In this document: one piece after another, positions 39,158-49,006 of the stretch
How positions within the stretch are numbered: the stretch's first letter is position 1
Layout: each line of letters begins with the position of its first letter
Virus record (IMG/VR): IMGVR_UViG_3300002026_002465
Span: 96,001 to 160,000 of that record
Length of the DNA: 64,000 nucleotides
Source: a virus
Reading direction: 5' to 3' (one strand)
Made by a program: the position numbers and the translations under genes
The notes under the pieces: model-generated
Seen by the model: only the letters and a program-made list of their open reading frames with translations
What the model was told of the DNA's origin: nothing
Databases searched by the model: none

Positions 39158-40043
39158 AACAGTATTAGATGATGGAGATGGACACCAAGCACAATATGTT
39201 TGGTCAGGTAGTGAATGGATCAAGATTGCTGATATAAATTGGGGTGATGCAAGTGCTATAGCATTTAATAGTTCACATCTTGAAATAACATCATCAAATG
39301 TTAGAGATGCAATTGATTTCGTTTATCAAAACCAAAAAGATAAAACAAAAGCTATTGTTGAAATTAAGAATACAGATTGGATTGCAGCAACTGGACAATA
39401 TAATGGTTATTATAACACTGTTATAAACCACAATCTTGGAACAGATAATGTTGTTTGTTTAATTATGGATGGTGGAATTGTAATTGGTGTTGAAGAAATT
39501 GAAAGAGTTGATGAAAATAATGTTAGAGTATATGTTGTTGATAACACATTAAATCTTGATGTCACAGTTTTTGGTGTAGTTGATAAATACTCTATCATAA
39601 TAAATCAATGGACTCCAGATGGAACTGGTGGATATTATGCAGATGTTGTTCATAATTTTGATTCAAAAAAACTAATGGTTTCAACATTTGATATTGATAC
39701 AAAACTTGGTATTGGATGGTTAACTGGAACAGAATCAATAGAGTTTATTGATAATAATACTATAAGAGTAAGAACGGCTGAAAATACAACTGTTATGAAT
39801 GTATTTATTATTAAAAAGACAACTGATGCAATAACAAAAGATATTCAGAATTGGATTTGGGATGATGTTAATAAAACATATTCAGCTGCAATACAAGTTA
39901 ATGCTTCTTATGATTCTATATTTAGTTTCTTTGATCCAATAAGTGGAAAATCAATTGGAATGGATATGGTTCAATTAGAAAAAGGCGTTTTAACAATTTC
40001 TAAATCAAAAAATAGTTTAGTTAGAATGATAATAATTAAATAA
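39141..40043 (+). CDS. C-terminal part of the giant tail protein (separate ORF in this sequence)
   Basis: Completes the W..PV...LP..GN..G.AR.V..Y.W repeat begun in 25571-39157; HNL/HNF and I..IDxN.+RV repeats. Confidence 0.75.
   Translation: MQEQYRTVLDDGDGHQAQYVWSGSEWIKIADINWGDASAIAFNSSHLEITSSNVRDAIDFVYQNQKDKTKAIVEIKNTDWIAATGQYNGYYNTVINHNLGTDNVVCLIMDGGIVIGVEEIERVDENNVRVYVVDNTLNLDVTVFGVVDKYSIIINQWTPDGTGGYYADVVHNFDSKKLMVSTFDIDTKLGIGWLTGTESIEFIDNNTIRVRTAENTTVMNVFIIKKTTDAITKDIQNWIWDDVNKTYSAAIQVNASYDSIFSFFDPISGKSIGMDMVQLEKGVLTISKSKNSLVRMIIIK
39146..39165 (+). repeat. Exact 10-bp tandem duplication AGAACAGTAT x2 that breaks the giant ORF
   Basis: Removing one copy gives ...GNARTVLDDGDGHQAQYVW..., joining 25571 to the 39141-40043 frame. 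Confidence 0.92.
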
Positions 40044-40051
40044 ACCAATAA

Positions 40052-40072
40052 TGTGGGTACTCAGTACCCACA
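40052..40072. other. GC-rich perfect palindrome in an intergenic gap
   Basis: TGTGGGTACT-C-AGTACCCACA with no U-tract after it. Confidence 0.6.
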
Positions 40073-40101
40073 ATGTTAACAGATAATATTGGAGGTATAA
40101 T

Positions 40102-41565
40102 ATGAGATGGCAGGGATCGATTGATTTTGAAAAGGCTATAAAAATAGATGGGAAACCACACGGTGTTGAGCACATTCCAACACTGACACTTTGGTCAGAT
40201 AAAGACATAGGAAGAGTTATTCATACAGAAGATAATGATAAAGTATTTATTGCAGGCTCTTCTGCTTGGATTGAATTGACTCCAGGTGGTGTTGGAGCAC
40301 ACGATCATAATTCTGTATATTATACAGAGGGTGAAATTGATAATTTCTTTTCTGGTGAAGCATCTGGCAAAAAAGAAATAGATTATTCTAATGTTAAGAA
40401 TAAACCATTAACTTTTACTCCATCAAGTCATAATAACACATCTCATAGTGAGACATATATAACTTCTGCTGGAGTTACTTTTGAGAATCTCCAAACAAAT
40501 GGAGATGTTGGTATAGGTATTAATCAGCTTGCAATAGGGAGTCATAATCATGACTTAGTTTATGCTTCAAAAATACATACTCATACTGAGAGCGATATAA
40601 CAAATTTGGATAAATATACAAAGGCAGAAGTGAATAGTGCCTTATCTAATAAATCAAATTCTAACCATATCCATGATGATATATATTTTACACAAACAGA
40701 ATTGTCTTCAATAATTGATAATCTATCAGGAGCTGATTTAGTTGGAGCCACTGTTTTATCAGGTGGGGTAAAAACAACTGTTCAAGGTGTATTAGAAGAA
40801 TTAGATGCAAGAATAAATACATTGAATCTCAATGCTGCAACATTTGAGGCTTTAAATGCTATTGGTGATATAGGGCCTGGTGTTGATCAGTTATCAGCAG
40901 GTAATCATACTCACACTGGAGTATATGAACCAAAATTAAATAATCCATTAACTAATGGATATATTCTTTCTTCTACAACAACTGGTGTAAAATCATGGGT
41001 TGGACAATATAGTTATTCTCTCCCAGTAGCAACAGATTCAGTATTAGGTGGTGTTAAACAAGGTGATAATGTTATTATTGATGGAAACGGTGTTATATCT
41101 ATTGGAGAGTATGAACCTGTTATAACAAAAGCTACAGGATTTAATTTAGCACTGGGAACAACCGTAGGAACTATAGCAGCAGGCAATCACCTTCACACTG
41201 GAGTATATGAGTCTGTTATAACAAAAGCTACAGGATTTAATTTAGCACTAGGAACAACTGCAGGAACTGTAAACACTGGAGTATATGAGTCTGTTATAAC
41301 AAAAGCTACAGGATTTAATTTAGCACTAGGAACAACTGCAGGAACTGTAACAGAGGGCAATCATACTCACACAGAAAGTGATATAACAGATTTAGATAAA
41401 TATACAAAGAGTCAAGTTGATACAAAGTTTAGTCAATTACTTGTACCATCAACAACTGGACTCCCTATTGATACACCAGGAAGTGGAACTGTAAGATTTG
41501 ATGCTGCAGGAAGTAAACTTTATATTTATAATGGCACATCATGGGTGAGTACAATACTAAGTTAA
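40102..41565 (+). CDS. Tail fibre protein with HxH metal-binding repeats
   Basis: HDH/HNH/HTH/HIH/HLH repeats, H.HD..YYT.xE, and LPVATDSVLGGVKQG. Confidence 0.8.
   Translation: MRWQGSIDFEKAIKIDGKPHGVEHIPTLTLWSDKDIGRVIHTEDNDKVFIAGSSAWIELTPGGVGAHDHNSVYYTEGEIDNFFSGEASGKKEIDYSNVKNKPLTFTPSSHNNTSHSETYITSAGVTFENLQTNGDVGIGINQLAIGSHNHDLVYASKIHTHTESDITNLDKYTKAEVNSALSNKSNSNHIHDDIYFTQTELSSIIDNLSGADLVGATVLSGGVKTTVQGVLEELDARINTLNLNAATFEALNAIGDIGPGVDQLSAGNHTHTGVYEPKLNNPLTNGYILSSTTTGVKSWVGQYSYSLPVATDSVLGGVKQGDNVIIDGNGVISIGEYEPVITKATGFNLALGTTVGTIAAGNHLHTGVYESVITKATGFNLALGTTAGTVNTGVYESVITKATGFNLALGTTAGTVTEGNHTHTESDITDLDKYTKSQVDTKFSQLLVPSTTGLPIDTPGSGTVRFDAAGSKLYIYNGTSWVSTILS
41195..41350 (+). repeat. Exact in-frame 78-bp tandem duplication in the tail fibre gene
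   Basis: 41195-41272 is identical to 41273-41350 (TGVYESVITKATGFNLALGTTAGTV); a diverged 96-bp copy begins at about 41104. Confidence 0.9.
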
Positions 41566-41580
41566 TAATAGGAGAAACAA

Positions 41581-43113
41581 ATGGCATTTGAAGGAACACC
41601 TATCTTAGATCATAAACCAACTCTTGTTTGGGAAAATAATTCTGGTACGCCGTTGGCTGCAGCCTCACTTTCAAAATCAACTGATTTAAAAGTTTCATAT
41701 TTGGATTTTAATTATAATGATCCAACAGATCCTCTTCATAGAGAGGGAACAATTTTGGTTGCTGATCCAACGTCAGTAAATCCAGCACAAATAGTTATGA
41801 AAAGAGGTGTTGTTTTTTCAATCATTAATCAAAAAGATACTATTTCATCTCCAAATGATGAATATAAAATATTTGATTCAGGATTAGATGATTTATGGAT
41901 TACACCTGCAAATAAAGATTCTGTGTCAGCTAGTATTTCAGGATGGGGCGTTAGTAAACAATGGTTTATATTTATTTGTGATGAAAGAGTAAATAACCCT
42001 GTTACAAAACAAAATACTGCACAAATAATAGTATCACAAAGTAATAATACACCACAACTTACAAAAATACCAGGAACAAATGATTTTTATTCTGCTTTAG
42101 ATACTCGTCTTATTGGTGGTTTTAAATCTAATAGTATAGGATCTATTATAAAAGAATCTGTTTGGGATATTGCTGGAAAGTTTCATACTGTAAAAGCAAA
42201 ACAATATATGATCTTGGATGAATATTCAACAACAGAAGGTCAACATTTATATAGAAAATTAAGAGTTTCTGATCTTGATTCTGCTGGTTTAAGTTCTATT
42301 ATTGGTGGTGGATTATTAGTAACGGGAGATACTCAATTAGGAGGTGATCTTCTTGCTAAAAAAGATACAGAAATTATTGGAAATTTAAAGGCAAATGATA
42401 TTACTGTAAATGGAGATTATATCTCCATAAAAGATAGAACATTAGTTGAATATAGATTAGAAAGTGATCAAAACGAAATAATAAAACCAGGCATGGTTTT
42501 AAGAGCTTTGGAACAACCATTAACTGGTTCGGCTTTGTTTTCAGTTAGAACACAAAATCAAGCCGATATTTTAAGAGTTGAATATGACGGAAAAATATCA
42601 ACAACAAACAATGTTTTATCTCTAAATGGATTGACACTTACAAATACGCTTGGAACTCCAGTTATTGGTGGAACTGATAAACTTGTTGTAAATGGTCATG
42701 TATATGCAACAAAAGTTTATAATGCTGTTTGGAATGATTTAGCTGAATTCTTTTTATCTGTTGATCCAGTTGTTCCTGGCAAGGTATATGTTTTACATAA
42801 TGATGGAAAAGTAAAAATAGCAAATAAAAAGTGTGATGGAAAAGTTATTGGCGTTTGTTCAGACACACCAGCATTTATAATGAAGCAAGAATATGAAGAT
42901 AAAGGTGGAGTTCCAATAGCAATGTCAGGTACAGTTAATGTTTGGGTTAATTCAATAATAAAAGAAGGCGATGAATTAGTATCTGATTTTGATGGTTTTG
43001 CAAGAAGAGCATCTTTTATAGAAAAGATTTTTATGAGAGATTCTATTTTTGGAAAAGCTTTGCAATCTTCTTTCGATAGAAATGAAAAAAGAGTCTTAAT
43101 GTTAGTAAGATAA
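41581..43113 (+). CDS. Tail fibre/spike protein with C-terminal peptidase G2 (intramolecular chaperone)-like domain
   Basis: N-terminal WENN..T.L..S.LSK and IGGFK..WD; C-terminal YNAVWNDLAE, VIGVCS..P and VPIAMSG.V.V. Confidence 0.7.
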   Translation: MAFEGTPILDHKPTLVWENNSGTPLAAASLSKSTDLKVSYLDFNYNDPTDPLHREGTILVADPTSVNPAQIVMKRGVVFSIINQKDTISSPNDEYKIFDSGLDDLWITPANKDSVSASISGWGVSKQWFIFICDERVNNPVTKQNTAQIIVSQSNNTPQLTKIPGTNDFYSALDTRLIGGFKSNSIGSIIKESVWDIAGKFHTVKAKQYMILDEYSTTEGQHLYRKLRVSDLDSAGLSSIIGGGLLVTGDTQLGGDLLAKKDTEIIGNLKANDITVNGDYISIKDRTLVEYRLESDQNEIIKPGMVLRALEQPLTGSALFSVRTQNQADILRVEYDGKISTTNNVLSLNGLTLTNTLGTPVIGGTDKLVVNGHVYATKVYNAVWNDLAEFFLSVDPVVPGKVYVLHNDGKVKIANKKCDGKVIGVCSDTPAFIMKQEYEDKGGVPIAMSGTVNVWVNSIIKEGDELVSDFDGFARRASFIEKIFMRDSIFGKALQSSFDRNEKRVLMLVR

Positions 43114-43138
43114 CTATAATATAAAATAGGAGATAAAA

Positions 43139-43561
43139 ATGAAAAAACTATATACAGTTAAAGATTGTGAACCATGTAATGATTTAAAAAAATGGATTAA
43201 ACAACAACCTGATCCATTTGAATTAGAAATAGTTGAGTTGGTAAAATTAGAAAATGAATGGCATGAAAAAACAGATGATGGTTTTATAAAATTTGACAAG
43301 TCTGTTATTTCTTTTCCAGCTTTAATGATTGGAAAACAAGAAGAAAGAAATGTATATGTTATTGGAAAAGAAGGGGTGCAGTCTGTTTTAGAGAAAGGTT
43401 ATTTATATGAAAAGAAATTATGTCCATTTTTAAATAAAGATTGTATTGAAAAGAAATGTGCCAAGTTTGTTGTAATGACAAAGGGACCTGTTTTAGAAGG
43501 GAATTGTAGTGATTATTGGACATCTATATTATTGACTGAATTGTTAACAAAGGGGAATTAA
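43139..43561 (+). CDS. Glutaredoxin/thioredoxin-fold protein with extra C-terminal Cys cluster
   Basis: LYTVKDCEPCNDLK, cis-Pro motif SFPALM, and C-terminal CPFLNKDCIEKKC...C. Confidence 0.7.
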   Translation: MKKLYTVKDCEPCNDLKKWIKQQPDPFELEIVELVKLENEWHEKTDDGFIKFDKSVISFPALMIGKQEERNVYVIGKEGVQSVLEKGYLYEKKLCPFLNKDCIEKKCAKFVVMTKGPVLEGNCSDYWTSILLTELLTKGN

Positions 43562-43564
43562 TAA

Positions 43565-45601
43565 ATGCCAGGAACTGTTAATGCAAAAATTATTTGGGAA
43601 AATAATCCAGATACATCTCTAAGCTCTTCAAATTTATCAAAATCTATAGATTTTATTTCAGATTCTAAATTTATTGAATATATAAATACTGATGAGGCTT
43701 ATTCTAAATGGGCAGATTTTTCTATAACAAATAGAGTTCCTTTAGCTATATATTATGATAAAATTATTTATATAACTTCTGAGAAAAAGTTTTATAAAGG
43801 TTCAAAAAACCAAGATGAGACGCCTGGTTTTATAACTTATGGTTTTATTCCTCCAAATGAAAAACTTTTAAAAATAAAAGCTAATACAAAAGTAGCAATG
43901 AGTTATACTAATTTAATACAATCTCAAATAAACTTAAATTATGAAATTGGAAATGAAGATTCATTTTTTTCTGTTGAAAGTCTTATCATAGAAAACGACT
44001 TTTCTCCAAATACTGTTTATTATATATACTTGTATAACTCTTCAACAACAGGTGATTTTTCTCAATTAAAAATAGTTTCTAAATATAATGATGATAATAA
44101 TACAAGTGATTGGAAAAATGGTGATATTGATTCTAATTCTCCAACTGGAAGGAGAGTTATTGCTATTAGAAAAATAGGTGGATTTAAAACAAACTCTAAT
44201 GGTAAAATAGATGAATCATCATTATGGGATTTATCAACATATAAAAAAGAAATAACACCAGAAAAATATAAAATATTTGAAGATAATAAAGCAAGAGATT
44301 TAAATGCTGCGGATATTCCAATTATAGATTCAAAAAATAATTTTGATTCAAATAATGTTGAAGAAGCTTTGAGTGATATGAAAACAAACTTAAATCAACT
44401 ATATGGAGATATGTATTATACAGCTGATAAATATGGCGTTGAATTAGAATTTTCTATTTTTTATGAAAATAATGGAAACTTACAACCAATAAATTTAAAT
44501 GCTAATTCAACTCTTTTAATTCCTCTAAGAATAACACCAGGTTATATTAATGTTTTTGGAAGAAGAATAAATATAGAATCACCTATTTATTTTGGTAAAT
44601 CTAATTTTGAAGTAAAAATAAATTCATATCCAGGAACTGTCAGTGGAATAAAACTAGGAGGTGCTCCTGTAAATCCATATGATCCATCTTTACAATCTGC
44701 AGTAATATATCCTGGTATTTGGAGAGTTTTTATTGATACAGATGGAACTATTATTCTAAGAGAAGGTGATACTTATTTACCACAATTTATTGTTAATACA
44801 ATTCAAAAAGGATGGTATTATTCAGGTGATAATTCAAGATGTATTGGTAAATTTAAAGTAACTTCAAATAATGGTTATTATGTTGAAAAGATGTCAATAA
44901 CAAATACTTTTGATATTCAAGTTCCAAAAAATACTGTTCATATTTTTCATGGAACGATGTGCCCTGATGGTTTATTTTTATGTGATGGACTCTGGCATGA
45001 TACAAATGGAAAATCAAGTTTAACTTATGAAAACATGCCAATGTCTAATGTTGGATGGGGCACTAGTTGGTGGGATCAAACACCAAACATGTTAGGTAGA
45101 ACAATTAAGATGTTTGATAGAGAAGATTTTGTTCAAAACACTGGTGGAAGTTCAAACCTAAAAGTAATAAATCAAAATGCTTTTACTTGGAGATTAAATA
45201 CAAATGGAACACAGGCACTTATTGTAAGTGGATCTTCTCCTGATTGTGGTGCTGAAGATGGAAGTGCATCTCATGTTCATAGTATTAATCATAAACATGA
45301 TCCTGGAGAAATAAGAATTGTTAGTAATCAAAATGATGTTCATGGTCATGCAACTCAATCATTTGTGACACAACCTCCACCAACTCCAGTATATGCTGTG
45401 CAACATACAAATGAAATTTCATTTGTTCAAGTAGCACCTATAAATCATACTCATTCTGGCTTGATTCAAGCTGTTGATGGAAAACATGGTCATTCAACAA
45501 GTTCTTTTTCTGGTCAAGTTAGTAATCCAACAATTCCTGACTCAGCTACAACAAGTAGTTGGGCACCATATAAAGAATTTATTATATGTATAAAAAAATA
45601 A
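43565..45601 (+). CDS. Tail fibre with tail-collar-like domain and HxH tip
   Basis: Shared WENN N-terminal domain; CPDGLFLCDG...TPNMLGR, HVH/HKH/HGH/HTH, and terminal PYKEFIICIK. Confidence 0.7.
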   Translation: MPGTVNAKIIWENNPDTSLSSSNLSKSIDFISDSKFIEYINTDEAYSKWADFSITNRVPLAIYYDKIIYITSEKKFYKGSKNQDETPGFITYGFIPPNEKLLKIKANTKVAMSYTNLIQSQINLNYEIGNEDSFFSVESLIIENDFSPNTVYYIYLYNSSTTGDFSQLKIVSKYNDDNNTSDWKNGDIDSNSPTGRRVIAIRKIGGFKTNSNGKIDESSLWDLSTYKKEITPEKYKIFEDNKARDLNAADIPIIDSKNNFDSNNVEEALSDMKTNLNQLYGDMYYTADKYGVELEFSIFYENNGNLQPINLNANSTLLIPLRITPGYINVFGRRINIESPIYFGKSNFEVKINSYPGTVSGIKLGGAPVNPYDPSLQSAVIYPGIWRVFIDTDGTIILREGDTYLPQFIVNTIQKGWYYSGDNSRCIGKFKVTSNNGYYVEKMSITNTFDIQVPKNTVHIFHGTMCPDGLFLCDGLWHDTNGKSSLTYENMPMSNVGWGTSWWDQTPNMLGRTIKMFDREDFVQNTGGSSNLKVINQNAFTWRLNTNGTQALIVSGSSPDCGAEDGSASHVHSINHKHDPGEIRIVSNQNDVHGHATQSFVTQPPPTPVYAVQHTNEISFVQVAPINHTHSGLIQAVDGKHGHSTSSFSGQVSNPTIPDSATTSSWAPYKEFIICIKK

Positions 45602-45614
45602 ATGGAGAAAAATA

Positions 45615-45893
45615 ATGGTATATATACAACTTTCACAACCATATAGAAACTTTGATAAAGCAAAAATAAAAACAGTTTTTATATATGATGCTCTTATTTC
45701 TGTTAATTATTCTATTATCAATGATACAAATGAATTATTTGATAAAAACTTTAATGTATTAGAAAGTGATTATACAAAAATGGTATCATCTTTATTAAAA
45801 AATAATTTTTCTATTATGGATAATATTCATATATTATTATTAGAATACATGATAGAAAAAAATATAGAAACCGGAACTTTAGAGGTTAAATAA
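45615..45893 (+). CDS. Hypothetical protein (possible tail-fibre assembly factor)
   Basis: 92-aa ORF between tail fibre genes, GGAG Shine-Dalgarno. Confidence 0.55.
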   Translation: MVYIQLSQPYRNFDKAKIKTVFIYDALISVNYSIINDTNELFDKNFNVLESDYTKMVSSLLKNNFSIMDNIHILLLEYMIEKNIETGTLEVK

Positions 45894-45895
45894 TT

Positions 45896-48800
45896 ATGGC
45901 AAAACTTAAGCAAATATGGGAAAACAATCCAGATACTCCAATAACAGCATCAAATCTTTCTAAAATAACTCAAAACGATGAATCATTAAATTTACTTTAT
46001 TCAGATTCAAATGGAGTAATTGATTATTCAGATAATAAAATTAAATTAAGAGCTAATTCAAAATTTAATTTAAATATAAAAAACACATTTGCTTTTTTTG
46101 ATTTCAATGATTCATTAATATCTCATGATAGTAAAACAACTGCTAGTCTTGCAAGTAATATAAAATTTAGAAAAGAAACACCTCTATTATCTGGTAAATC
46201 ATTAGCTTTAGAAACTGGAACAGTTAATAAAATAGTTAATGGTGATTTCAGTAACAATCTTGCTAATTGGATTAGTGATCCAGATGATGCACAAAGGTTA
46301 TTTACAAGAAATGATGGTTTATATAATAAGTCAGCTGTTTTGAAAAATTCAGTTATTGGAGAAAAAACAACATTATCTCAAACAGTTGATTTTGGATCAA
46401 GTATTGCTGATTTTATATCAATATCATTTTATTATAAATCAAATAATATTATTAATTTAAATTTTATTGGTAAATGGGATACTCAACAACCTCTTTATTG
46501 GAATAATAATTCTTTAGGTTGGGGAATAAATCAATCATCAGCAAATATTATACTTGAACCATCTTCTGTTTGGAAAAGAGTAGAAATAAAAAAAATAAAT
46601 ACAACACCTTTAAAGCCAATAAATAATATAAAAATTAATTTTATAAATGATAAAATACAAGAATGTTCTATAAGTGCAGTTCAAATTGAAGAAAAAGAAT
46701 TTTGTTCAACATTTACAAATACAACTAGTAATGAAACAATCTTAAATTATAGTAAAGATGTGTTAAGATCAGAAAAGGGATTAATAGATATAGAATTTTT
46801 ACCAAAAATATTTAATCAAGAATCAAATATTATATTTAGATTAAAAATGAATCCTATAAATAATTTAGGTATTATTTATTCAGATGCAATGAGGTTAGAA
46901 CTAAAAAAAGATAGTTATTCATTAGTATTTTCAATATATGATACTGTTTCAAAAACTGAAAAACAATTATCAAAAATTTTTACACCATCAAAATTTGATG
47001 AGTTAATTGATAATTGGCAAAGACTTATAATATCTTGGGATAAAGATTTTTACTTAAAATTCTCATTAAATGGTGGTGAAATAAATATTATAACAACTGA
47101 ATTTTCACCAATTGAAAAAGAAAGTATATTATTTTTTGAATTAGGAGGAGACTCTCAACTAAAGTTTGAAGGATTGATATCATCTTTAAAATTTAATTTA
47201 TTCACAAAACCAACTGAAGAATTAATATTGGATTGTTCTTTAACTCCATCATCTGATGAAGATTACTTTAAAGTATTTTGTATTGGAAATGATAAAATAA
47301 TTATTGATTCTTCTTTATTAGAAGAAGGAAATGACTTTATACAATCAACAGAATATTATATTTATTTAATTGATAATGATTTAATAAAAGATGAAGAAAA
47401 TGTTATTATTGCTTCAAATATTGTAATATCATCTAGTAATATATCTCCAAAAAATATAAGCAAATATTTTACGTCTATAATTGGCGGATTTAAGACTGAT
47501 GAAAATAAGAACATTGTAATATCTTCATTGTGGGATAGAAAAACAAAATTATTTCCAACAGTTATGGCTGAAAGATTTGTTATTCATGGAAAAGATTCTG
47601 ATAATAACAGTATAGAATTCAAATCAAGTCCATTTATATCAGATGCAAAATTCAATATACCAACTTATGTTACAGATAATTTTTATGGTGTTACAGGTAC
47701 TGGTATTAATTTTCTAAATATAAATCCAAATGGTTATTTAATTGTTGATAATGTTAAAATTGATAGTAATGGTATTTCATCAGTAGGACAAAATGATATT
47801 ACAATTGGTGCTACAGTTGGAAGAAATGTTCAAATAAATAGTGATAATGTTATTATATCATCAACTGTTGGAACAGTTCAAGTTGAAGGTTTAAAAATAA
47901 AGGGTCAAACTATAAGTCCAAAAAACGGTCAAGATATTTATATAATGAATGATTCATTTACAAGTAATGTTATAATAGATTCATTATTAGGATCTACTTT
48001 TATACGTGGATCAAATCATACAAATCAATCAAAAGTTATTAATATAAATCCAGAAATAGATTATCAATTAAATACTGGAACAGGCACAACAGCAATAGAT
48101 AATATTATATTTAAAACAAATATTATATCATCTAAACCAAATCAAGATATTTATATAATGAATGATTCATTTACAAGTAATGTTATAATAGACTCAACAA
48201 CAGGAAATAACATAATTAAAGGAAATCAAATCAATGTTGAACCAGCTGTTAATTTTCAAATAACTACTGGAAGTGGAATTACTGCTATAGATAATATTGT
48301 TTTTAAATCAAGCACTATTTCTTCAAAAACAGGAAATGTGCATTTCGATGCTGGAATTAAATTTGTTGGTAGTGTTGAAATTGGAAATCAAACATCTGTT
48401 GAATCTACATCCAGAAAAAATTCTATCTATAATAGAACAGAAGGGCATTTTGCATGGTATAGAGGTGGAATACATAATTCATCTTTAGGAAATCCTGGTG
48501 CTGGTGGAACTGTTTTAGGTCTTTTAACTGGTAATAATATGTCAAAACAAAATTTAGGAGTTACAATTGATCCTAATTCAAGATTTTATGCTGGTAAAAT
48601 TTATAACGCTGTTTGGAATGATATTGCAGAGTGTTGGGATAAAGATCCTAATGTAGATCTTGATTATGGACAAATTGCCATCAGAACAAAAACAGGATTA
48701 AAACCTTCTTCTCAGAGAGCTGAAAAAGCTACTATAGGCGTTGTATCTAATACATATGGATATTTATTAGGTGATGATGGATTTAATGAAGATTTATCAA

Positions 48801-49006
48801 AATCAAAAAAAATACCAATTGGAATAAGTGGAAGAGTAAAGGTTAAAACTATTGGTAAGTTAGAAATAGGTGATGAAGTTGTTTCATGGAGATTTGGATT
48901 AGCAATTAAGGCAAATATATTTGAAACAATTTTTAAAAGAGCGAGAATTATTGGTATGGTAGATTCTATAATAAACAGTAACGAATGTTGGATAAAGATT
49001 AGATAA
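45896..49006 (+). CDS. Tail fibre/spike with CBM- and LamG-like domains and peptidase G2-like C-terminus
   Basis: WENNPDTP..SNLSK, IVNGDF...W...VQIEE, IGGFKT..WD, YNAVWNDIAE and IGVVS. Confidence 0.72.
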   Translation: MAKLKQIWENNPDTPITASNLSKITQNDESLNLLYSDSNGVIDYSDNKIKLRANSKFNLNIKNTFAFFDFNDSLISHDSKTTASLASNIKFRKETPLLSGKSLALETGTVNKIVNGDFSNNLANWISDPDDAQRLFTRNDGLYNKSAVLKNSVIGEKTTLSQTVDFGSSIADFISISFYYKSNNIINLNFIGKWDTQQPLYWNNNSLGWGINQSSANIILEPSSVWKRVEIKKINTTPLKPINNIKINFINDKIQECSISAVQIEEKEFCSTFTNTTSNETILNYSKDVLRSEKGLIDIEFLPKIFNQESNIIFRLKMNPINNLGIIYSDAMRLELKKDSYSLVFSIYDTVSKTEKQLSKIFTPSKFDELIDNWQRLIISWDKDFYLKFSLNGGEINIITTEFSPIEKESILFFELGGDSQLKFEGLISSLKFNLFTKPTEELILDCSLTPSSDEDYFKVFCIGNDKIIIDSSLLEEGNDFIQSTEYYIYLIDNDLIKDEENVIIASNIVISSSNISPKNISKYFTSIIGGFKTDENKNIVISSLWDRKTKLFPTVMAERFVIHGKDSDNNSIEFKSSPFISDAKFNIPTYVTDNFYGVTGTGINFLNINPNGYLIVDNVKIDSNGISSVGQNDITIGATVGRNVQINSDNVIISSTVGTVQVEGLKIKGQTISPKNGQDIYIMNDSFTSNVIIDSLLGSTFIRGSNHTNQSKVININPEIDYQLNTGTGTTAIDNIIFKTNIISSKPNQDIYIMNDSFTSNVIIDSTTGNNIIKGNQINVEPAVNFQITTGSGITAIDNIVFKSSTISSKTGNVHFDAGIKFVGSVEIGNQTSVESTSRKNSIYNRTEGHFAWYRGGIHNSSLGNPGAGGTVLGLLTGNNMSKQNLGVTIDPNSRFYAGKIYNAVWNDIAECWDKDPNVDLDYGQIAIRTKTGLKPSSQRAEKATIGVVSNTYGYLLGDDGFNEDLSKSKKIPIGISGRVKVKTIGKLEIGDEVVSWRFGLAIKANIFETIFKRARIIGMVDSIINSNECWIKIR
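47929..48192 (+). repeat. Exact 51-bp direct repeat 213 bp apart inside the tail fibre gene
   Basis: 47929-47979 is identical to 48142-48192 (QDIYIMNDSFTSNVIID). Confidence 0.88.

Noticed and set aside
41104-48192. Tail-fibre DNA repeats as a diversity-generating retroelement (TR/VR) or CRISPR array
   Set aside because: The copies are identical or in-frame coding repeats without adenine-specific variation or unique spacers; no reverse transcriptase or cas gene is in the window
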